From Ignavibacteriales bacterium CG07_land_8_20_14_0_80_59_12 (lineage in GTDB: Bacteria > Bacteroidota > Ignavibacteria > 0-14-0-80-59-12), in contig PEWR01000139.1 in assembly GCA_002779395.1 (NCBI GenBank), positions 3,723 to 66,709 of the forward strand: DNA of 62,987 nt, written 5' to 3'. A program made the translations under genes and the position numbers. Position 1 is the stretch's first letter. Every line of letters begins with the position of its first letter. This document shows, in pieces, positions 10,265-18,698 of the stretch. The notes beneath the pieces were generated by a model that was not told the origin of the DNA, made no database searches, and saw only the letters and a program-made list of their open reading frames with translations.

Positions 10265-11358
10265 TGACGAAGGCGATCGAGGTCCGCCTTGGCGAACGGA
10301 CGTACGCCGTCTTCATCGGCGATGAAGAATTGTCGCGGCTCGGCGAGCGCACCGTGGACGCAGGGCTCCCGGCATCGGCTGTTATCATCACGGATTCGAA
10401 CGTAGCCGGATTGTATCTCCTTACTACCCGGCGGGCTCTTGAGGCGGCGGGCGTCCGGTCCGTCACCGTTGTCACACCTGCCGGCGAAAGCCAGAAGTCA
10501 CTCCGAAGATTCAACGCCATCCTGACCGAGATGCTCAGAAAGGGGGTGGGACGCGACTGGTTCGTCGTCGCGCTCGGGGGCGGCGTCATTGGGGATCTCG
10601 CCGGCTTCGTTGCCGCCACCTACATGCGGGGGCTTCCGTACGTCCAGGTTCCAACGACGCTGCTCGCGCAGGTCGACAGCTCCGTCGGCGGAAAGGTCGG
10701 GATCGACCACCGGCTCGGGAAAAACCTCGTCGGCGCCTTCCACCAGCCGCGCCTTGTGTGTGCGGACGTCCGTTCGCTCTCAACGCTCCCCGCTCGCGAG
10801 GTCGTGAGCGGCCTCGGTGAAGTCGTGAAGTATGGGTTGATTGAAGAAGGCCTCCTCGAGCTCGTCGAAGAAAACGTCGATGCGCTCCTCGCTGTGTCGC
10901 CGGAGAAGATGTTGGAGGTCGCGCAGCGCTGCGTCCGTACCAAGGCGGAGATCATTGAGGCCGACGAGCGAGAATCGGGGCGGCGCATGGTGCTGAACCT
11001 CGGCCACACGATCGCACACGGCCTCGAAGCTGCAACGCGCTACTCGAAGCTCCGGCATGGTGAGGCCGTTCTTGCGGGCATCGCCGCCGAGACGTGGATC
11101 GCTGTGAACCGGGGAACCGCGGAGAGCGCACTCCTTGATCGTGTGACGTTGCTCCTCGGCAAGCTGCCGCTCACGATCGACCTGGCGCATCTCCGCATGC
11201 GGGACATCCTGAAGCCGCTCCGGCTTGACAAGAAGAACCGCGGCGGCAACGTCCGCTTCGCGCTCCCCCGAAAGATCGGCGACGTGGTCATCGTTGACGA
11301 CGTCAGTGAACAGGAAATCATTTCAAGTATTGAGTTTCTCAGGACACTGTTTCGTTGA
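10264..11358 (+). CDS. aroB: 3-dehydroquinate synthase
   Basis: About 364 aa with ALGGGVIGDLAGFVAATYMRG, VQVPTTLLAQVDSSVGGK and LNLGHTIAHGLE motifs. ATG overlaps the aroK stop. Confidence 0.93.
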   Translation: MTKAIEVRLGERTYAVFIGDEELSRLGERTVDAGLPASAVIITDSNVAGLYLLTTRRALEAAGVRSVTVVTPAGESQKSLRRFNAILTEMLRKGVGRDWFVVALGGGVIGDLAGFVAATYMRGLPYVQVPTTLLAQVDSSVGGKVGIDHRLGKNLVGAFHQPRLVCADVRSLSTLPAREVVSGLGEVVKYGLIEEGLLELVEENVDALLAVSPEKMLEVAQRCVRTKAEIIEADERESGRRMVLNLGHTIAHGLEAATRYSKLRHGEAVLAGIAAETWIAVNRGTAESALLDRVTLLLGKLPLTIDLAHLRMRDILKPLRLDKKNRGGNVRFALPRKIGDVVIVDDVSEQEIISSIEFLRTLFR

Positions 11359-11402
11359 GAAGGATAGAAGCCTTCCCCATGCTGCTCAACCGTGAATTGG
11401 TC

Positions 11403-13178
11403 ATGCGAAGGCGCAGGCGCATCGCCCGTTCCATGTCCGCGCTGATCCTGACTCTTCTCGCATTCCCCGTCCCTCTAACGGGACAGGTCCGTTGTCCCAA
11501 GCAGGAGTTCCGTGCTGTCTGGCTCACCACGGTCTTCGGCGCGGATTGGCCTGGGGGAGCGGCGAATCCCTCGGATCAGCGGCGCCTGCTTGCAGGAATC
11601 TACGATACGCTTGCGTCGAACCACTTCAACGCCGTCATCATGCAAGTGCGCGCACGTGGCGACCTTCTTTATCCCTCTGAGTACGAGCCCTGGGCGGCGT
11701 GCCTCACGGGCACGCTCGGCAAGGATCCCGGATACGATCCCCTGCAGTTCGCCGTCGACGAGGCGCACCGGCACGGGCTTGAGTTCCATGCCTGGTGGAA
11801 TGTGTGTAAGGTGGCCGACGCAAATGACCTCGCCGTGACGACGCCGCTCCACGTGGTTCGCCGTCATCCCGAGTGGATTCGCACCTGGAAGAACCTGACG
11901 AAGGACGGGAGGGTTGCAAGCACTGAGTACTGGCTCGACATGGGGCTGCCGGAAGCGCGCGCGTACCTTGTGGACGTCGTTCTTGAGATGGTGCGGCGCT
12001 ATGACATCGATGCCGTCCATTTCGACTATCTTCGATATCCCGGCCTTGAGTTTGACGATTCAGCGACGTTCGCGCGATACGGCGGCGGCGCGGAGCTTGC
12101 TGAGTGGAGGCGCGACAATCTCACGAAGTTCGTACGTGCGGTCCACGACAGCGTCGTCCGCATCAAGCCCTGGGTGAAGGTCGGCTCCGCGCCGATCGGC
12201 ATCTACCGCAACCTTCCCGGCGCGTCGGGCTGGCAGGGGTACGAACTTCTTTCGCAGGATGCCCGTCGCTGGATGAGGGAAGGGATCATCGACTACGTCG
12301 CCCCGCAGATCTACTGGGGGCTTGAGAACAACCCGCGTTTCGGTATCCTCGCCGCGGACTGGATCAAGAACGCGTACGGACGGCATACGTACCTCGGCAT
12401 CGGTGCGTACCGTCCGGAGGTGATCTCTGAGATCGGAAGGATCATTGATACGAGCCGCAGCCTCGGCGGGCTGGGGCAGTCGTATTTCCGGTACCGGAAC
12501 GTCTGCCGCGACAGCGTCATCGCCGGGGAGTACACATTTTATTCTCTCATGCCCCCAATGCCGTGGAAGGACGGCGTCCCTCCCCAACCGCCGCTCGCCC
12601 TGTCGGGGCGGGTTGAAAACGGCACGAGTGTACGGCTCACCTGGCAGCCGCCGGAACGGGCGGGAGACGGGGAGATCGCATCGCGGTTCGTCCTCTACCG
12701 GCTTGGCGGGACGAAGAGAAGTCGCGATGATGCGTCGGCAATCCGGTGGGTTTCGCCCCGCACGGAGACGAGCTTCCTCGACGACCTGAGCCGTCCCGAC
12801 GCGGTCCGCTACACCTACTGTGTAACGTCTCTTGACCGACTTGGGAATGAGAGCGGCCCGTCGAATACGGTGGCTGTCCTCGTCCCTCGTGTGGCGAAGA
12901 TCGCGAAGGTGTTTGACGTGCGCGACGGTCTCGCCGAGCCGGTATCGACGGGACGGGACATATTGAGGGCGGCCTATCAGGTCTCCTCACCGGGAAGAGT
13001 GCGGCTCGAAGTCCGGGATGCCGGCGGGAATTCCGTCCGCGAGGTAGCGGGCGGATTCCGGTCAGGCGGCGAATATGTGGTCGGCGTCACTCTTGGCGGG
13101 CTGCCGCAAGGGTTCTACACGTTGACGCTTGTGACGGACAGCACAGCGTATTCGCGTGGATTTGTCGTCGGAAAGTGA
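11403..13178 (+). CDS. glycoside-hydrolase-like GHL10 (DUF187/YngK-like) secreted protein with a T9SS/FlgD-Ig-like C-terminal domain
   Basis: Signal peptide MRRRRRIARSMSALILTLLAF. FRAVWLTTV...HAWWN...HFDYLRYP resembles GHL10. The C-terminal beta-rich tail (VRLEVRDAGGNSV...GFYTLTLV) resembles a secretion/sorting domain. Confidence 0.7.
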   Translation: MRRRRRIARSMSALILTLLAFPVPLTGQVRCPKQEFRAVWLTTVFGADWPGGAANPSDQRRLLAGIYDTLASNHFNAVIMQVRARGDLLYPSEYEPWAACLTGTLGKDPGYDPLQFAVDEAHRHGLEFHAWWNVCKVADANDLAVTTPLHVVRRHPEWIRTWKNLTKDGRVASTEYWLDMGLPEARAYLVDVVLEMVRRYDIDAVHFDYLRYPGLEFDDSATFARYGGGAELAEWRRDNLTKFVRAVHDSVVRIKPWVKVGSAPIGIYRNLPGASGWQGYELLSQDARRWMREGIIDYVAPQIYWGLENNPRFGILAADWIKNAYGRHTYLGIGAYRPEVISEIGRIIDTSRSLGGLGQSYFRYRNVCRDSVIAGEYTFYSLMPPMPWKDGVPPQPPLALSGRVENGTSVRLTWQPPERAGDGEIASRFVLYRLGGTKRSRDDASAIRWVSPRTETSFLDDLSRPDAVRYTYCVTSLDRLGNESGPSNTVAVLVPRVAKIAKVFDVRDGLAEPVSTGRDILRAAYQVSSPGRVRLEVRDAGGNSVREVAGGFRSGGEYVVGVTLGGLPQGFYTLTLVTDSTAYSRGFVVGK

Positions 13179-14453
13179 TTGGCCTCAGTGATAGGCATTG
13201 CTGTGAGACTACTCATCCGAAATGCATCCCAGCTTGTCACGGTGAGTGCACATGGTGCCCGTACGAAGCGCGGCGCGGAAATGCGCGACCTCGGTATCAT
13301 TGAAGACGGGGCGCTCCTCATCGACGAGGGGAAAATCGCATGGGTCGGGAGGTCGGCAGATGCTCCATCGTTCGACCGCTCATCCCCCGACGTCGAAGTC
13401 TTCGACGCGGAGGGGAGGGTTGTCATGCCCGGGTTCGTTGACCCGCACACGCACCTCATTTTTGCCGGGAGCCGCGAAGACGAGTTCGCGCTCAGGTGTG
13501 AAGGGCTTACGTACCAGCAGATCGCCGAGCGAGGAGGTGGAATCCTCAACACGGTCCGCGCAACGCGGGGGACGGACCGGAAGAAGCTGCGAAGCCTTGC
13601 CTCGCACCGGCTTGATCGACTTCTCCGGTACGGCACAACGACCGCCGAGATCAAGAGCGGATACGGGTTGACCGAGGAAGACGAGCTGAAGATGCTTCAG
13701 GCAGCGCATGATCTCTCCGCGGAGCATCTCGTGACGGTTGTATCCACATTCCTTGGGGCGCACGCGCTTCCGCCTGAGTACGCGGATGACAGAACCGGGT
13801 ACATCGAGCTCATTACATCGCAAATGATTCCATATATCGCACGGAAGGGGCTCGCGCGGTTTGTCGATGTGTTCTGCGACTCCGGCTACTTCACGCGCGA
13901 AGAGACGGTGAGGATATTCGAGAGTGCAACTTCCAACGGCCTCGGCCTGAAGCTTCACGCCGATGAGCTGTCGGCGACCGGCGCCGTGGAGGACGCCGCT
14001 CGTTTTGGCGCGGCCTCAGTTGACCACCTGGAGTACATCAGCAAAGAGGAGATCGGCCTTCTCGCCAAAAGCGAGACGGCGGCGGTTCTCCTTCCCGGTG
14101 TCTCGTTTTTCCTCGCACAACGCTACGCACCTGCACGCGAGCTGATCGAGTCGGGCGCGGTGGTCGCCATCGCATCGGACTACAACCCGGGATCGTGCAT
14201 GTCGTTCTCGATGCCTCTCATGATCACAATCGCCTGCACTCAGATGAAGATGACACCCGAGGAAGCGATCACGGCGGCGACGCTCAACGCCGCGGCGGCC
14301 ATCGGATTGAGCGGCGAGCGGGGGAGCCTTGAGGTCGGCAAATGGGCGGACATCATCATCCTCGAGTCTTCGTCATATCGCTCCCTGCCGTATGAATTCG
14401 GCGGGAATCCCATCGCCCACGTTGTGAAGAATGGTGTGCTTCTCGAGTTCTAA
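13179..14453 (+). CDS. hutI: imidazolonepropionase
   Basis: About 420 aa amidohydrolase with PGFVDPHTHLIFAG and KLHADE...HLE motifs. Start is non-ATG: TTG at 13179, with GTG at 13203 as an alternative. Confidence 0.9.
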   Translation: MASVIGIAVRLLIRNASQLVTVSAHGARTKRGAEMRDLGIIEDGALLIDEGKIAWVGRSADAPSFDRSSPDVEVFDAEGRVVMPGFVDPHTHLIFAGSREDEFALRCEGLTYQQIAERGGGILNTVRATRGTDRKKLRSLASHRLDRLLRYGTTTAEIKSGYGLTEEDELKMLQAAHDLSAEHLVTVVSTFLGAHALPPEYADDRTGYIELITSQMIPYIARKGLARFVDVFCDSGYFTREETVRIFESATSNGLGLKLHADELSATGAVEDAARFGAASVDHLEYISKEEIGLLAKSETAAVLLPGVSFFLAQRYAPARELIESGAVVAIASDYNPGSCMSFSMPLMITIACTQMKMTPEEAITAATLNAAAAIGLSGERGSLEVGKWADIIILESSSYRSLPYEFGGNPIAHVVKNGVLLEF

Positions 14454-14476
14454 CGCATGTCCTCTTCCAACCATAG

Positions 14477-14521
14477 TCTTGATCCGTGTCAATCCGCGGC
14501 TTGTTTCGTGTAAATCCGCGG
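14477..14521 (+). repeat. 45-bp intergenic element, copy A (TCTTGATCCGTGTCAATCCGCGGCTT..GTAAATCCGCGG)
   Basis: Matches the reverse complement of 32398-32442 at 41 of 45 positions. It contains two direct TCAATCCGCGG-like boxes 21 bp apart. It lies 63 nt upstream of the ftcD ATG. Confidence 0.9.
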
Positions 14522-14583
14522 TTCAGTTTTTCTCTGTGTTGTCGCCCGCGGGCGAATTCCGCTGTTGAAAGGATTCCACTGAG

Positions 14584-15624
14584 ATGGAACGAATTGTCGA
14601 ATGTGTACCCAATTTCAGTGAGGGACGTGACCGGGGTATTATTGACGCGATCGCTGCTGCGATCAGCAGCACGCCTGGCGTGATGCTTCTTGACGTCGAT
14701 CCGAATCCTGACTACAACCGTGTCGTCGTCACGTTCGTCGGCAGTCCTGAGATGGTTGGCGAGGTCGCGTTCTGCGCGACGGCGGTCGCCGCGGAACGGA
14801 TCGACATGACGAGGCACAAGGGGGAGCATCCCCGGATCGGTGCGGCGGACGTTGTGCCGTTCGTGCCCGTCCGCGGCGTCACGATGACCGATTGCGTGGA
14901 GATCGCCAAACGGTACGGCAAGCGCGTGGCCGAAGAGCTTCACATCCCGGTTTACCTTTACGAGGAGGCCGCTACGCGGCCGGAGCGCAGGAACCTCGCC
15001 ACGGTGAGGAAGGGCGAGTACGAAGGGCTGAAGGAGAAGCTGCGCGATCCTGACTGGGCTCCCGATTTCGGCGCGGCGTTGTTCAACCCGCGCTCCGGTG
15101 CGACAGTGACGGGGGCGCGCGAGTTTCTCATCGCGTACAACGTGAACCTTGACACGGACGATGCGAAGGTGGCGCACGAGATCTCCTTGAGAATCCGTGA
15201 GAGCGGTAGGCCGATGAGGGACGGATCGGCGAAGATTGTCGTTGACGCTAGAGGGGAGAAGGTCATGATTCCGGGGCGCCTCAAAGCCATTAAAGCGATG
15301 GGCGTGCCGCTCGAGGCGCATGCGATATCGCAGGTCTCAGTGAATGTTGTGAACTACCACATCACACCGCCCCACGTTGTGTTTGAGGAGGTGAAGAACG
15401 AGGCCGCGACCCTCGGATGCAAGGTGACGGGGAGCGAGATAGTGGGGCTCATCCCGCTGGAGGCGGTCCTCATCGCGGGAAGGTTCTACGCGAAGAACAA
15501 TCCCGGCCTCACCGAAGGAGAGCTTGTTCAGGGTGCTATTGAGAACCTCAACCTGAGCCAGCTCGGCAGGTTTGACCCGAAGAAGAAGATCATCGAATAT
15601 CTCCTTGAGTCAGAAGGGGAGTAA
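14584..15624 (+). CDS. ftcD: glutamate formimidoyltransferase
   Basis: MERIVECVPNFSEGRD N-terminus and overall length (346 aa) typical of the formiminotransferase domain. Confidence 0.9.
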   Translation: MERIVECVPNFSEGRDRGIIDAIAAAISSTPGVMLLDVDPNPDYNRVVVTFVGSPEMVGEVAFCATAVAAERIDMTRHKGEHPRIGAADVVPFVPVRGVTMTDCVEIAKRYGKRVAEELHIPVYLYEEAATRPERRNLATVRKGEYEGLKEKLRDPDWAPDFGAALFNPRSGATVTGAREFLIAYNVNLDTDDAKVAHEISLRIRESGRPMRDGSAKIVVDARGEKVMIPGRLKAIKAMGVPLEAHAISQVSVNVVNYHITPPHVVFEEVKNEAATLGCKVTGSEIVGLIPLEAVLIAGRFYAKNNPGLTEGELVQGAIENLNLSQLGRFDPKKKIIEYLLESEGE

Positions 15625-15661
15625 TCATCGGCGATTCACTCCACGCTACGGGACGACGGCC

Positions 15662-16288
15662 ATGATGCGAACTCAATCGATCAAAGAGTTTCTTGGGAAC
15701 CTCTCATCCTCCTCTCCTGCACCGGGAGGCGGCAGTGTCGCTGCGCTCAGCGGTGCGCTTGCCGCGGGCCTCGTTGCGATGGTGTGCCGGCTCACGATCG
15801 GGAAGAAGAAGTATGCCGACGTGGAGGCCGACATGCTCGAGATACTCCCGCATGCAGAATCACTCCGCGAAGAGTTCCTCCAGCTTGCAGATGAGGACAC
15901 TGACGCATTCAACGAGGTGATGCGCGCCTACGGGATGCCAAAGGAGACCGATGCGGAAAAGCAGGTCCGGGGCGAGGCAATTCAAAAGGCGATGCATGTC
16001 GCAGCCGACGTACCATACGAAGTCCTCGAGATGTGCCGCGAAGGGCTGGAGTTGAGCCGCGAAGTCGCTTCGAAGGGAAACACCAACTCAATCAGCGATG
16101 CCGGCGTGAGTGCCCTCATGTTCTACGCCGCGGCGTTCAGTGCGGCTCTCAATGTGCGGATCAATCTTGGCTCCTTCTCCGACCAGGAGGATGTCGCCCG
16201 CCGCAGTGAGAACGTACACGACATCATGTCCGTTGTGCAAGACCTCCGCGACGGAGTGCTCACCATCGTCGAGTCCAAGCTCGGTTGA
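15662..16288 (+). CDS. formimidoyl-/methenyl-tetrahydrofolate cyclodeaminase-cyclohydrolase family protein
   Basis: 208 aa from ATG at 15662, with a PAPGGGSVAALSGALAAGLVAMV motif. Confidence 0.85.
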   Translation: MMRTQSIKEFLGNLSSSSPAPGGGSVAALSGALAAGLVAMVCRLTIGKKKYADVEADMLEILPHAESLREEFLQLADEDTDAFNEVMRAYGMPKETDAEKQVRGEAIQKAMHVAADVPYEVLEMCREGLELSREVASKGNTNSISDAGVSALMFYAAAFSAALNVRINLGSFSDQEDVARRSENVHDIMSVVQDLRDGVLTIVESKLG

Positions 16289-16559
16289 GAAAGAGGGAGA
16301 TCGCTCGGACGCTTGGCTATGACCGCAAAACCATTCGTCGCTACATTCGCATCGCGGTAGAGAAGGGACTCTCAAGAGAAGCACTGCTTCCGCCGCGGCA
16401 GGAGGTCGAGAGCTTTCCGTGGCGATCAAAGATGGCACGCGGGGAGAGAACACCCAAGGCTATAGACAGTTCAGAGAACCCTACCTCCCCGAGATCACAG
16501 CGCTGGTCAGCTCTGGGCGATCTCACCCTCAAGTGTCAAGACTGCCTTCGATGTCCTTT

Positions 16560-16590
16560 GCCAACGGCCCGCCATCGGCAGGCCAACGGC
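16560..16590. repeat. 22-bp unit repeat, locus 1 (about 1.4 units)
   Basis: GCCAACGGCCCGCCATCGGCAGGCCAACGGC. Removing 22 bp restores contiguous IstA-like coding (DVLCQRHDLTGTVSY). Confidence 0.9.
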
Positions 16591-16740
16591 ACGACCTAAC
16601 GGGCACGGTTAGCTATACCTCCTACAAGCGCTTCATCCGCGCACACAACATCGAGATCGATCCCGCACGCTCGACCTGCCGTCCGCCATGGGCGGATCGA
16701 CTACGGTCTCTTAGCCATACTGAGTGATCGGCTCTGACGG

Positions 16741-16766
16741 CAGGCCAACGGCCCGCCATCGGCAGG
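16741..16766. repeat. 22-bp unit repeat, locus 2
   Basis: CAGGCCAACGGCCCGCCATCGGCAGG, the exact 26-mer. Confidence 0.92.
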
Positions 16767-17271
16767 CGAAGTGTGTTCTACGCCTTCATCGGCACACTCT
16801 CCCACAGCCGGCTCAAGTATGTCGAACTCACATTCACCCAAAACCAAGGAGCTAGAGTCAACTCCCATATCCGGATGTTCTTTTTTCTTCGGCGGCGTAG
16901 AGAGAGCGCGTCGTGCAAAGATAACCTGAAGTCCGGTGTCTTACGTCCCGACATCTACTCTCCCCATGCTCTCTCCGGAGCTACCGTGAGATGGCCGAGC
17001 ACTACGGCTTGTTCATCGATCCGGCACGGCTTCTCTAGAAGCAGAAGCCAACAACCTTTCGTATGCTCTCGTTCCTCTCCATGCTCCTCACCGATGAGCT
17101 CGAGATGAGAATCAGCCGGAGAATCGTCCGCCTCAGGCGGACCGGTCAAAGGCCGCGAGATGACGCTCGAGTCATTCGATTTCGCCTTCAACCCCTCCAT
17201 CAACCCCAAGCGCATCAAGAGCCTGGCGAGCTGCCGCTTCATGGAGCGCGGCGAAGTTGTCTTCTTCCCTG

Positions 17272-17297
17272 CCTGCCGATGGCGGGCCGTTGGCCTG
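17272..17297. repeat. 22-bp unit repeat, locus 3 (inverted)
   Basis: CCTGCCGATGGCGGGCCGTTGGCCTG is the exact reverse complement of locus 2. It sits where the IstB Walker A would be. Confidence 0.92.
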
Positions 17298-17568
17298 TCG
17301 ATTGATGTTCTCGGTCGCCTTCTACCTGCCCGTCCGGTCAGGCGGGCAGCTTCCAACAGCTCTTTGCCGACCAAGACAGCGCAGACCTCCAGAACAAATT
17401 GCCTGTCGTGATGAAGCGGCTCCTCAAGGTCGATCTCCTCTTTTGTCGACGACTTCGGCTTCTCTGGCCACCAGACCAACTCTCAGCCGTCCGCCCTGGG
17501 CGGATTGGTCGATGGACGCTTCCGTTCCAAATCCATCATTCTCACGTCCAACCGTGCAATCACCGACT

Positions 17569-17593
17569 GGCCCGCCATCGGCGGGCAGGCCAG
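17569..17593. repeat. 22-bp unit repeat, locus 4 (degenerate)
   Basis: GGCCCGCCATCGGCGGGCAGGCCAG shares the GGCCCGCCATCGGC core. Confidence 0.7.
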
Positions 17594-17780
17594 GGCTCTT
17601 CCCCGATCCGGTGAAGAGCCAACGCCATCCTCGACCGCCTTGGCGCGCCTTGCACACACGAGCCACCAGATCGTTATCAAAGGTCAGTCGTACAGAAAAG
17701 AAAAAAACTTCAAGTTACATCAGACGAGGATTGACCGTATGACCACCAAGCGCTTCATCGTCTACCTTGCCACCGATATC

Positions 17781-17806
17781 CCTGCCGATGGCGGGCCGTT
17801 GGCCTG
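17781..17806. repeat. 22-bp unit repeat, locus 5 (inverted)
   Basis: CCTGCCGATGGCGGGCCGTTGGCCTG, the exact 26-mer, located just before the GC drop. Confidence 0.92.
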
Positions 17807-17810
17807 CTAC

Positions 17811-17839
17811 TTGACAAGCGGCAAAGGACTTCGTATACT
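17811..17839 (+). promoter_or_regulatory. sigma70-like promoter (TTGACA-17 nt-TATACT) facing the AT-rich island
   Basis: Exact TTGACA at 17811-17816, a 17-nt spacer, and TATACT at 17834-17839. The first island ATG is about 280 nt downstream. Confidence 0.4.
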
Positions 17840-18123
17840 ATCAATCATAAGTGCAGCAGGTGGGGAAATACTTTTGGCCCACCTGGGGGAATATGATGGC
17901 CATTGACACAAAAAACCCTTTGGTGCGTAACATCAGCGGTCATGAATCCGGGATTCACCACCCCGGATGAAAATTGGCAGCGCGAGTCGTACATTGCAAC
18001 CAACCACGTGTCCATGGTATTTTCATAGCAGTTATTATAACGCAAAAGAGTGACAGGTTGCCAAGAAACTAAGTTCGATCCTGGTCGGGAGTCGGTAGTG
18101 GAAACTACTAGTTTCTGAAGGAC

Positions 18124-18694
18124 ATGGAGATGAGGTCACCGATAGCAAAATTTACGGGTAAGAAGAAGGCAGCGGCGGCTGTTCTTGTTGTTTTCATTGC
18201 AGTCCCGCTTTTACTGCTGGTTTATCTTCATAGTAAGTTAGATGTCGAATCCTTCCCGTTGGGGAAAGCCCCTTCCCTCCTTGAAGCTCGTTGCGACCGA
18301 CGGTAGACAATCCTCGATCAGTGATTACAAAGGCTCAAAGTTAGTTCTGATGTTTTTCAAGGTTGAATGTCCTCATTGCCAGAGAACTTTAGGGATATTC
18401 AAAAGCTTGTGCGAATACTACTCTACGCAACACTTCAAGATGATCGCCATTTCCTTGAGTTCTCCAGAGGAGACAAGTAAATTTACATCTGAAAATGCAT
18501 TCCCTTTTCCCATCGTTTTAGCAAGTTATGATAAGGTGAAGAGAGAATACGGCATCTCAGCGCTTCCGGCAGTGTTTTTCGTAAACGAGAGTATGGTGGT
18601 TATCCATAGAGTATTTGGTGAAATGTCTGCCGCTAATTGGAAATCCATATTTGATGATTCTCTTTCAGAAAAGCCGCAAGAACAAAGGAAATAA
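18124..18694 (+). CDS. membrane-anchored TlpA/ResA/MauD-like thioredoxin-fold oxidoreductase (CPHC), apparent frameshift
   Basis: The anchor ORF at 18124-18306 (KKKAAAAVLVVFIAVPLLLLVYL...PLGKAPSL) and the catalytic ORF at 18242-18694 (LKLVATDGRQSSISDYKGSKLVLMFFKVECPHCQ) are in different frames. They would join with a 1-nt correction near the C-run at 18269-18285. Confidence 0.7.
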
Positions 18695-18698
18695 AAAA

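Larger units (their letters stand above)
16285..17740 (+). mobile_element. degraded IS21-family element (5'-truncated istA plus istB, multiple frameshifts and deletions)
   Basis: IstA-like pieces lie across three frames: EIARTLGYDRKTIRRYI (HTH), VSYTSYKRFIRAHNI, RIDYGLLA, FYAFIGTLSHSRLKYVE, DNLKSGVLRPDIYSP, AEHYGLFIDPAR. IstB-like pieces: LLTDELEMR, TLESFDFAFNPSINPKRIKSLASCRFMERGEVVFF, DLLFVDDFGF, SIILTSNRAITDW, HQIVIKGQSYR. The Walker A segment is missing. Confidence 0.85.

Noticed and set aside
16560-17806. The 26-bp repeats as a possible CRISPR array.
   Set aside because: The copies occur in both orientations, with irregular spacing (about 150-500 bp), and the 'spacers' are recognisable IS21 coding fragments. 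No cas genes are present in the window.
17809-17817. The 9-bp direct repeat ACTTGACAA at 17809 and 23235 as att sites or a target duplication flanking the island.
   Set aside because: Both copies are followed, after a 17-nt spacer, by a TAxACT -10-like hexamer. They are better explained as -35 elements of promoters. A 9-bp match is also only weakly significant.
17845-18045. 66-aa minus-strand ORF in the island leader region.
   Set aside because: It has no SD, an odd composition (Cys/Asn/His-rich), and it straddles the GC transition. It is more likely non-coding leader.
18070-18095. tRNA-like GTTCGATCC motif that might mark a tRNA integration site at the island border.
   Set aside because: The flanking bases cannot form a T-stem or acceptor stem, and no cloverleaf can be drawn. 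It sits inside a different inverted repeat (18064-18116).
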